A DNA stretch of 64,000 bases from Schmidtea polychroa (lineage: Eukaryota), in NCBI GenBank assembly GCA_044892525.1, contig CM097885.1, positions 14,634,001-14,698,000 on the forward strand, written 5' to 3'. Within the stretch, counting starts at the first letter, position 1; each line of letters opens with the position of its first letter. The notes under the pieces are model-generated. The model worked only from the letters and a program-made list of their open reading frames with translations, had not been told where the DNA came from and searched no databases. Positions 14,884 to 26,039 of the stretch are shown piece after piece. Made by a program: the position numbers and the translations under genes.

Positions 14884-15324
14884 TTAAGCAATGAGTAATT
14901 TGTCGAATTTTACTGCAATTACTAAGTTCAATCGATGAATATGGTAATGCACATAAATAACTGATGGAAAGGGCTGACGAATTCTTGCTGATACTCCTGA
15001 TTTTTCTCCACTCATAACTCTGACACCATATAATCCAATTCCTGGTGATTTCCCCATTCGCAAATTCATAGATTCCGCTTCACTCATCAACCTTTGGCAG
15101 AAACGATTCGTCAACTTTGACTTCACGAAAATCGATAAATCTGATTCCAATAAACATTTGTTGAATTCCTGCAACATTAGATGACTTATCAGCGAGAATT
15201 GTAAAAAATTCAAATTTTTTGTAAAATTTTATCGATTGCAATCTCATTCATTCTCAATTTCATTTTGAACTGTGCTGCTTAAATACGTGGCATTTTTGGT
15301 AACATTCCATAATTCTCTTGATAT
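14884..15324 (-). pseudogene. hAT (ZMYM1-like) transposase fragment
   Basis: Motifs VMSGEKSGVSARI, IYVHYHIHRLNLVI and KNATYLSSTVQNEI; interrupted at 15325. Confidence 0.75.
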
Positions 15325-15959
15325 TGTTGGGCTAGAACTGATTTCTAGACCCCAACTTCTAATTGTGACTGGAATGCGTAGGTACATAACACGCAAAAAG
15401 TATAGTTAAATATCAAAAAATACACCAAATAAACAATATTAATTAAAAGAGAAAACAACAAAAATATAAACACAGAAATTAAATAAAATTATACAAATAC
15501 AAGAAGTTGTGCAAAAATCTAACTCAAAAATAACAAAAGAAACATAGAGTTACAAAAAACAGACTCGAATAACTTAAAAGACGGTAAAAACAGTAAAAAA
15601 TTCTAAAAAAAACCCAGAACATTCCATAAAAATGGCGATGACCATCATAAAAGCCATCCAGAGCAATAAAAGTTAAAAAAATAAATAAATTAGTATTAAA
15701 AATAAAAAATCTTAAAAAGAAATTCAGAAAACATCAGTTAAAATAAAAATTAAATTAAAAGTAAAATGGAATATTCTGGAACCGTTCCAAATCCATCATG
15801 GACGTAAATATAACAAGAAATAATTTTAAAATAAAAACAAAAATTATGGCACTAAAATTGCCATTAAAAATATCAAAATTACAAAATAGAAAATTCTGGA
15901 ATAAAAAGAATTCGAGTTTGTTTTAATGCATCAACACATACACGTGTACTTGCACACAC

Positions 15960-16052
15960 AAAAATAGGTATATATACCGACACGTTTCAGTTACAATTAA
16001 TCACTTTTATGCCAAATTTTTGTCACGAAGTTTCAGAAATCAATAGTGAGTA
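15960..16052 (+). promoter_or_regulatory. TATA box, Inr-like TCAGTT and first splice donor
   Basis: TATATATA at 15969-15976, TCAGTT at 15987-15992 and GTGAGT at ~16046. The same layout occurs in copy 2 (~61570-61665, -). Confidence 0.5.
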
Positions 16053-16097
16053 TTGATCTTTTATTTTATTTATGTATTACGACTAATCGACAAGGAT

Positions 16098-16585
16098 GTG
16101 AGCCCGTCAGATACAAAGGGGGGTATATCGATTACGTAATACGCACACTGTTGCTTACTGTCCATTCGCGTGGCTATCACGTAACATAAAGGTCAGTTGC
16201 TAACTGACCTCACGCGTGACCTTTACGTAATACACACATTGTTACTAACTGACCAGTCACGTGTCCATTACATCATCCACATATTATTACTAACTGACCA
16301 GTCGCGTACCCATTACGTCATATACAAACCTGTTGTTAACTGACCACTTATTGATGACTCAAGATACTGACCATGGTAACTGTGTCGTCATACTTAGTGG
16401 TCACTGGTTCCTAACTGTAACAACACACACACATCTAGGACATTGGTGGTCTATATAAGGATCCAGTACTATTGACTACTCTATGTGAGGATCCATTACT
16501 ATTCATACAACAACACACACACATCTAGGACACTGGTGGTCTATATAAGGATCCAGTACTATTGACTACTCTATGTGAAGATGTT
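16098..16585. repeat. LTR-like insert with ~45-bp taactgacc repeats and a ~90-bp tandem duplication
   Basis: Starts TGTGAG. Contains repeated taactgacc/ttacgt units and two copies of acaacacacacacatctagga...ctatataaggatccagtac. Absent from copy 2. Confidence 0.55.
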
Positions 16586-17457
16586 TAAAAATTATTTTAT
16601 TTTTTTTTCTCGTGTGATGTATGAATGATCAGCGGCGTACTGGAGTACCTGCGCCTCTGGTCAGTCCTGCATCCAACTAATTTAAAAAACCTTTTATGAT
16701 GACATGCGGACAGGCATTATCTATATTATATGTTTCTTTTTTGTTCGGGTCCTTCGGAGGTCGAACCACTTCATGGTCCTGCCATGGAGTTAAGTCGATG
16801 AAACCCTCCGTCTGACTCTTCTTATTTATTAGAGGTCAGCCGTAAAAGGTTGACTTACCACACAACATTAAGGTTTGTCCTAGCGGTCCCGGTGGGGCTG
16901 CGAAGCAAACACTTTTCCCGACTTTATGTACAAGACACAATCAAAATCACCACTCAAAATTCTTCACAATAGTGCTACACTAAGATCATAATTTGAGTAG
17001 AACTCAGACCCAAACTTATACAATTCTACAATTCAGTAATGTAGTCGGTTGAACAGCAATAATATTTCAGTCATGCTTATACGTTTGTAGAATTAGATTT
17101 TTATAATAACGAAAAATAGAATTTTATTGTAATCAAAGTAATTGAAATGATAAAGATATTCGGCATACGTATAGGTAGAACTTAATCTGAGTAGGTCTTT
17201 GAATTAATTATAGTTCTAATGATTCCAACTTAAATGTAGATATTATAAATCTAACTCCCAAAAGATTAAATTACAGATCTATATTGATCCAAGTTCCCAC
17301 TCTAAAATATTTGTATAAATGATAAATCATAAATGTATAATTACTTCGACCAAAAAATATGACCTGCAAGCAGTTATGAATAGAGGTTAACTATGAACAT
17401 GTAGGCTGTAGATGGTAATATACAAAGTTTAATTATAAAACATAAATAATACCTAAT

Positions 17458-17593
<136 letters not shown>

Positions 17594-19502
17594 TTCTAAG
17601 ATAGTCTATTAATCGTTGTAGATAAATTTTAAGCACAAAAATATAAATTATAAATAGTCAGGTATAAATTATAGACATGAAGATCCGAATTATAATTAGT
17701 TATGAAAAAATTTTAATTATAAAAATATAAATTATAAATAATTATAAAATTTTAGATATTAATCATATTGATCTTAAAAATATAAATTATTAATAGTTAT
17801 GGATAAATTTTAATTATAAAATATAGATTAGAAATAGTGGTGTATAAATTTTGACGGTAAAATATAACTTATAACTAGTTATATATAAACTATATATGTG
17901 TAGGAATTCTGAAACTATAACTTACAAATAGTTGTGGATAAATTTTTATCATCATAAACAATTAGGGAACAAAATTGGTTATAAAAAGGTAATTTATAAA
18001 AAGTTATATAAAGTTGACTATAAAAATATAAATTATAAAATATAAAATTATAAATTATAATTAGTCATATATAAAATGTTTATAGATATAAACTATAAAT
18101 AATTATAAGTTTTAACTATAAAGGTAGGGAGTATAAATAATTAGAGGCAAATTGGTATTATAAAATTCCACTTCTTGATATTCCAGCAAGACAGTGAACC
18201 AATACTCCACCAAATTCAAAATTTATTCCAATAAACGAAACCATTATTCCACTTCCCGAATTTTCCATTTTAAACAACAAAAACAAACAATTCTAGCATT
18301 TCTAAATCTATTACATCAAAATCAATTTAAAAATTAACAATTAAATATAAAAACCTTATCCACAATATCAATCCATTGCTCGCGTCTGTGTGCGCACACC
18401 AACAATATTCGGTCTAACCAGACCGCGCACACAGACGCGATAGACAAAAGCCGAATAAATGCCAGTCAGAGGCAATCCCCCTCTGACTGGTCAAAACAAT
18501 AGGTATAAATACAAATTATAAATAGTTATAATTAATATTTAACTATAAATATATAAAGTACAAATAGCTACAATAGTTTGTATCGAAGCCTACGACGTTA
18601 GAATTAGGAATATAAAATCTTGCTAAAATCAAAAATTATAAATTGAATGATATTATTATTATTATAATCGTTATCATTAGAGTTATTTTTGCCATTGTTA
18701 TTATTATTATTACTATTGGTATTATTATTATTATTATTTTTACTATTAATATTATTAATATTATTATCATTATTATTATTATTATCATTATTATTATTAT
18801 TATTACCATTATTATTATTATTATGGTTATTATTATTCTTACTACCATTATCGTTATCACCATTATTAATACTATTATTAATATTAATCTAACTATGATT
18901 ACTATCCTTATCCTGGTCTTCCCTGTTAATGTTTTTACAAATATTGGCGCCAATCCACCTCTAATAGGGTTAGGGAGGGCAGGCCCTAGGGGAAATGTTT
19001 CAAAAACCCATAAAAATTTGCATACAAATAGAAAATTATCCCCTTAAAAATTTAAATTTTTACAAAAATCGATGAGTTATGAAAAAACACAAAAAGCACA
19101 CACAACAATTGTCAATTACCTTGTTCCGGCTGGCTAGCCGGATCCACGCTCTGCTACCATGAATAAGTCCAGAATTCAATTTAAAAAACGTTCCAAATCT
19201 CGCAGTTTAAACAACAAAACCAATTCCAGAAATCACAACAAAATTCACAAATTCAATAATTTCTACAAAAATTCGATCGATAAAATTAACAATTATAAGA
19301 AATTACCTACTTACAAAAATCAATCGAATTTCCATTGCTCACGTCTGTGTGCGCACACCCATTTACCATAATTCGGCACACAGACGCGAGAATATTCAAC
19401 CAACAGCATAATCAACAGCCAGTCAGAGGTAATCGCCCTCTGACTGGTCGAAACAATTATTAATATTAATCTAGCTATGATTACTATCCTTATCCTGGTC
19501 AC

Positions 19503-19537
<35 letters not shown>

Positions 19538-20076
19538 GTTATATATAACTTAGTTATATATATTAGTTATGTATATTATTAGTTATTGTTATATATATTA
19601 TTAATTATATATATTATAGTTATATATATTAGTTATATATCATTATCACTATCGGTAATTATTACTTACCAAAATCAATATTCTAATCGAAATATCGATT
19701 TAAGATTTTCCCCCAAAGTTAAATTTAGTAGCAACCCCCTTGGATCCAATAGGAATGAGTAAAATCCTTAATAGTTATTTTTAGTAACACCCCCCCTGGG
19801 AAAATGTTACCATTATCCAAGTTACCTGGGGATATGGGTGGGAGTGCATGATCAAATATGTAAGCTAACCCTTTTAAATCTCGAATGAATATTGAACATG
19901 TAACTTTGTTTATTAGCAAATTAAATTACCATTGATAAAAGACAAAAGATTTTTTTATTATGATCAACAAATTACAGTACACAACCACTGCGAACCCAAA
20001 AATGTAAGTCCTGACTAGGAATCGCATGACGATCTCCAAAATTTGAACTTCTACATCTCCAGCCAGAAGGAATTGT

Positions 20077-20700
20077 GGATCAAGGTCAAAATCCCCCCTC
20101 CGGTTTGTGAACAAGTTCAAAATCCCCCCCCGTAAAAATATTAATAAAATATACAAAAAAAATAAAAAAAAGTTAAAAAAATATATATTCATAAAAATGA
20201 ACAAAATAAAATAAACATAACAATAAAATGAACATTAAAATTAAAATATACATAAAAAATACAATTAATATACAAATTATATACAATTAATAGCAAAATA
20301 AATCAACAACAAAATTAAAAAAACATTAAAAGAAAAAGCAAAACCAAAAACCTTTTAATTTTTGTCATGAATTTTCGCCAATAAGACATATTTGAGCATA
20401 TGAATCATCTTTGTATAAATCCAAAAAAATAAATTCTGTCAACATTTGTTTTCTTCCTTGTTCGGTTAACCCTTTAGCTGTCTTAATACATAGCTTAAGT
20501 TTATTGTTTGCACTCTCTATGTGCTGCGTGTGAACACCATTTTCAGGTGAAACAAAGTGATATTTATGACATACAGTCCTATGCTCATAATCATTAATGG
20601 TACCGAGAGAGTTGTATGTAGCAAATTCATCGGTGGCTATTATTGAACCTTGCCTAACAACTCTCGTCACTAATGCCAATCGCCTGATGTACCCGCATTT
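20077..20700 (-). mobile_element. Merlin / IS1595-type transposase C-terminal fragment with one end
   Basis: ORF 20365-20679 has GSIIATDEFATY, HRTVCHKYHFVSPENGVHTQHIES. Subterminal tcaaaatccccc repeats lie at ~20085-20130. Confidence 0.85.
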
Positions 20701-21043
20701 AGTGGTAATTATTCCAATTTTCTGAAAATATCTAAAAAATTTAGTATATAAAATTTTAAATTACCAACTAGTGGTAAACAAATTATAAAAATTAAAAATA
20801 GCAATTTAAAACAAAAATGACCTTTAGTAAATTATCGGACAGGGTATAGAACTTCTCGCGTAAAAGGGTACGCTAATAAATTTAAATCGAAAATTTCAAG
20901 TTATAATTAATTGCATTAATTATAGTTAATTGGAAAATTAAGTTACGACTTATTTTAAGTATGAAAATTTTGTATATTTTTATTATAGCTTCATTTGATA
21001 AGTCACACTGGTTGTACAAGGGTCTTGATCTTTACATTGCAAC

Positions 21044-21408
21044 ATGTCTCAATCCGATGATTTTAGCGAAGGAGAAGTCGATCGGCAAATGATTACCCGG
21101 CTCCGTACTCGGTATATTTGGTACCGCATCCACGATTGGAATCGTGGATTGGACCTCGATAACTTCGGACCAGTTATCCGAAGTGGCCCAGAACGTGATG
21201 CCCCGGATGGGTAAAAACGGAGCCTGCAAACAACCTATTACAGGAGGCCCGCGATCAAGCGGCCAGTGACGTAGAGGCCGCTCAAGTCCAACTCAAGAAA
21301 ATTGAGCTACAGATCAGGGCTAATTGAGAGGGAGTGCCCCTGGAGGAGCTAGAAGAGGCCGAGGCACCTCCACGAAAGAGAGGGAGGCCCCGCAAGTACC
21401 AAATGTGA
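21044..21408 (+). pseudogene. AT-hook small protein (disrupted), homolog of 58571-59038
   Basis: ITRLRTRYIWYRIHDW versus IARLRSRWIWYKIHNW; both end in an RKRGRPRK AT-hook. This copy has internal stops and frameshifts. Confidence 0.7.
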
Positions 21409-21673
21409 TTGCTAGCCGACATACAGTCATATGACAATTGACCTGATTTAATCAACTTTCGTTTAGTGTTTGTGTAATAATTTAAATAATTGAAATCGCC
21501 TGGTGTTCATTATTAAATAAAGTTTTTCTTTATAAATCAAGTCGTAAGTTTAGTGATTGCCCTAAGTCTTAGTGATAAAGTACTAATGTTAATCAATAAT
21601 CAATAATTTTATTACTTGTTCGTTTCAACTCTTTTTGGTATGAATGAAATTAATAAATCCCTTTATGTTTTAG

Positions 21674-22149
21674 TGTACAAATTATTGGAAAACCTGCGTA
21701 AAGATCGGGAACAGGCACAAAAACAAGCCGACGAACTTCGAGTCCGGGTTGATAAACTCAAAGGGAAGTGCCGGGAGTTCGAGGGCACCTGGTTTAGTCC
21801 CGCGGACATGAAAAAGAAGACAGCGCAGATCCTCCAGCTGCAGACACAAGCCGCACAAGTTCAGATGGAGATCCGCGCACTAAAATTACAGGTGCGCGCG
21901 CTCGAAACCAAGCGCAATGAACAATTCATACACGAAGCCGTGGTAAGACAAATCCGGCCGCTGACCGTCGAACTGGCAGCGATATACCCTCCAGCCGCTG
22001 AAAATAGACCCAAGCGAAAGCGGCTAGGACGTAACATTAGGGAGAAATTGAAGAAGGCCAGGTTGGCCGAATATGAACGTCAGGAGAAATTGTCAACATC
22101 GCAGGCGTCTGCGACGGGATTAACGTGCTCTGCCAACGAGCCAATTTAA
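21674..22149 (+). CDS. Basic coiled-coil protein exon of unknown function
   Basis: Starts after a ttttag acceptor. KLLENLRKDREQ..CREFEGTWFSPADMKKK..EIRALKLQVRALE aligns with the copy at 57579-57958. Confidence 0.65.
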
Positions 22150-22275
22150 ATTTTTCTTTGTTTGTTGATGTAAATTTTTCGTGGTTCATTAAATTAGTAT
22201 ACGAAGTAGTTTGTTATATGATTGCCTGAGGAATGAAAATTTGCGTGTGAGGGTTTGGGAAAACAATTTCGATAA

Positions 22276-22501
22276 GGGACCGAGGAAATCGGACACAAAC
22301 CTTCTAACGGTAGTCCGTGAACCCATAGAGTACTCGACAATTATAGTGCCTTGGTGCGCTCACTTTTTGCGAGTACTCAACCCCTTGGTACAGTACCAAC
22401 GTTGATTACTAAACGGGTACCAAGCGGAAAACAATGTTGTATTCTGGGTTACGCTGGTAACAGCACTAACTAATAAACATTCAACCACCAGTAACCCACC
22501 A
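22276..22501 (+). ncRNA. Putative structured RNA (four helical domains), copy 1
   Basis: Conserved with 57179-57411 (-), with compensatory substitutions, G-U pairs, a GNRA loop and a terminal 7-bp stem followed by ACCA. Confidence 0.65.
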
Positions 22502-22647
22502 ATATCAAGTCTTATTAAATTTCTAAAAATTTCCATCATTATTTTCATTTTGAACATTAAAAATACATCAACTATCTCGATATCCTCTTAACGGTAACGA
22601 CTGGCTAACTAGGTAATTTATTGTGTCAAAAATTCTTTTCAAAAGAA

Positions 22648-23368
22648 TTAGATTTTGATGTCGTTCGAAGTTTTCTGTTTTGTGAGTAGTCTTTCGATCG
22701 ATGCTTCAGGCTTTTTGATAATTACATCAAGCGTTTTAGCAACTTGTACTGACTTATTGTGATATGGTGTACTTTCAAAATGATTCAATATTACTTCCGG
22801 TAGCAAAGAAATGCAATATTTACAGAAAACTCCGTTTCCATTGATCGAGTATATAAGCCAGTCAAATTCAGCTAGCCAATGATAACTAAACTTGTACGAG
22901 ATCTTTCCTTCGTCTATTATTGGGAAGATGAATGATGGAGATGGATTCTTACATTTCGTCAATGCATTAACCTTCCCATTATCAATCAAATTCAAACGTG
23001 AATATAACGCTATGTCATCACTGGTTAGATGGTCATTGTTGAATTCTTTTTCTGTTATTTCCTTTTCGTAAATCTGTTGTTCAGTTTCGAGATCCATCAA
23101 ATTATTTAAATTGTTGTTTTCGTCATCACATTTTTGAAGTTATTATTGAATTTTTATTTATAAAACCAGTGCGAAAAATTAAGGTTTTTGATTGAGGAAG
23201 TTATTATTTCAAACATGTTCGAAAATTTAAAAAAAATTTGATTGTTACTCAATTAAAACAAATAAAATAAAATTTCAGGGATTAAATTTAAAAAAAATTA
23301 CGTTTAGATCGAGATCAGAAAATTTCCTATTTCTTTGTCTCCCTAATCCCCCCTTGCTACACGCCTGG
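22648..23368 (-). mobile_element. 5' portion of a hAT (ZMYM1-like) element
   Basis: Motif FSYHWLAEFDWLIYS..NGVFCKYC; hAT-type terminus CAGGCGTGTAGCAAGGGGG ending at ~23368. Confidence 0.75.
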
Positions 23369-24606
23369 TCCTGATTATATTTTGAAATTATTATAATTAT
23401 TTATGTCTCCTAAGAGCATATATTATGAGTTACTCGAAATTTACCAATTGTAGAATTACTGCTTGTTTAAGCAGCTGTTTTGCTGCTAATCTAAATTAAA
23501 AATTTCCTTAATTAAATTATTTTTTATATCATTAAATAATTAACAATCTCGATTATATAAATAATTTTTCATTCATATCCATATACAAATAAATATATTT
23601 CCGTCACATAAATAAATAAATAAATTTCAATCACATTAGAAAATTGTTGATTGACAAATAAACAATTATTGTTATTAATACAATATTTATATCATATTTT
23701 ATCATATTTATAAAATTCAGCTCGTTGAATTTTATTTGCTCTTGATTCTGTCATATCGATAACAATCTTCATTCTGCATATTAACACGATATTGTTTAGC
23801 CCGACCCTGTAGTATTTTGTGAACTCAAAGTTTTCGATAGCTCGTCCTGTATAATCTAACATAATAAAATTATAAAAATTACTGTATATATTTATTAATT
23901 GTTATATTTATTTCCAAAAATTGACAATTATTGTCAATAATTATTTTATTACCCTTAATTTAGCAAATTTTAGCTTTGACTGGAATCGACGTCATGGTTA
24001 ATTGAACCCCAACACTATTCTCTAAGAGTTAATTAAGAGATTTTTAATTCAATGAGTGTCATAATAAGATTAAATATTAGGCCACTCACAACATGATCCT
24101 AAATACTCATCCGTAAACCAACTAAATTAATATAAATACAAAACACTTTTCGGAACGCGCGGTGCAGGTGTTTCATTTTTTGTTTCTGAGCCTGGGTTGA
24201 CGCAAGAGTGGCCACCAAACTTATAGTGGTGGACCACTAGACGTTGCCTGAGGAGGATGAGGAAAGGAAGACGGCACGAGGACTACAGAAGAAACTACAG
24301 GAACCGAACACTCGACTGATTTGATTCCATCTCGGAAAGGTGATGGCAGGGATTAGATTTTCCAAATCTGCCAATAGGAAATGTTGGATCCTTGGTTATA
24401 ATTCGGCCTTCGTATATACCAAATGAAGAACATAGGCCTGTTCATGAATCCATATAGACAATTCTATAGATCTTTTATTGTGCTTCTTTCATCTGTGTGG
24501 GCGTAAACCAAGTGCTCTCGAAGCGTTTTGTGTCTCGTAGACGGATCACTTCATATCGGCGCAAGAAAAGCAGGGTTTGAGCGAGAATTTAGTTAACATC
24601 ACATTT

Positions 24607-24712
<106 letters not shown>

Positions 24713-25419
24713 GAAACAGCAAGCAAGAGATAATAGAAAACATGAGAATCACAAAATTTAGGCATCTAGCGGGAATAATTAACCAAACCAAGATGGTGAT
24801 AACAACGATGATAATGTTATAATCATGACATCAACTGGCACACGATATTACTAACTAAAACGATGGTCAGGCTATTTTGGATACTTAAGGTGACAATAAT
24901 AATGAATTTGATACGAATAAATCTAATGGTAGTATTTATTATAAATAGTTGAAGATAACAGCAATCAGGGTTAGGATAAGAATAATGAGGGATTTTGTAA
25001 GGATTTTGTTGTTGGTTAATTACTTTTCATTTTATTGAATCTATACTCGTCGCAAAGGGCCTAAAGTGTTTGTTAAATGATAATCATACCAATAATAACA
25101 ACCATATAAACAGAATTAATAATAATTATATTTATAATTTGTGATGATATAGCATTTATTCTTGAGTACCTTTGTTCACCTACTGATGAGGATTCTTAAG
25201 CTTGCTTAAATATTTTTGCTTAATAAATTTGTTCTTCTATTTTATTTGTTCTTTTTAATAATCTATTGCAAATAATGTTATTAAATAATTATTTATATTT
25301 TTTCTTTTTGGAATTATGATAAATTATGGTCGCGAGAAATAAAAATAAATTCTATAACTATAATTTGGAATTAAGTGGATACTGATTAGAAAAAGGAGAA
25401 TGATTGGTCTCATAATGTC

Positions 25420-25899
25420 GACGTAGATTGCTAACTTTAGTTTTTGACTGTAGAATTCGTTTTTAAAATTTCTTTTTTCTTGCTCGTATTTTCTTTTTTT
25501 CTTTTCGTTCTTTGTCGTCATAATTTTAAAATGTCTGAAAAAAATAAACAAATTTTATGTTATTAAAACAATAATAAGAAGTATTACGTACAGAAATAAA
25601 TTTAATTAATTTACAAAATATTACAGATTAAAATTATATTCGTAGTAAATTTGATAAAAATTGTTTTTGAAGAGTCATATCTTTTTTAGCTTAAACGAAA
25701 ATAAAATTTGTTACAACGTTGCATTTATTCTTTATATTTGTGATGAGTAATTTAAAAGACATTTTGAGGGGTACTCAGCGACAATAATTGTTAAATATCA
25801 TGGAAAAATAAAAAGTGAATCAAGTACATTTATCAGTAGCCGCAAATAAATCTTCAAAGAGCCGCATGCGGCTCGCGAGCCACAGGTTGGCCTCCCTGG
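25420..25899 (-). mobile_element. hAT (Charlie-like) 5' end with truncated transposase start
   Basis: Terminus CAGGGAGGCCAACCTGTGGCTCGCGAGCCGCATGCGGCTC; ORF start MTTKNEKKKRKYEQEKRNF. Confidence 0.7.
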
Positions 25900-26039
25900 A
25901 CTATAACATTTCGGGCGTAGGATAACCAATTCAGTGTAACCTAATCCCTTAATAATAATTAATTTAACATAAAAATAACTAATTATTATCAAATAAATTA
26001 CTCAAAAAGTATTTTTTTAAATTGAAAATCTAATCTAAT

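Noticed and set aside
22276..22300. GAGGAAA..CGGAC resembling the RNase P P4 motif
   Set aside because: Not conserved in copy 2, and no matching CR-V was found.
25180..25215. CTGATGAGG hammerhead-like start
   Set aside because: There is no downstream GAAA core or supporting stems.
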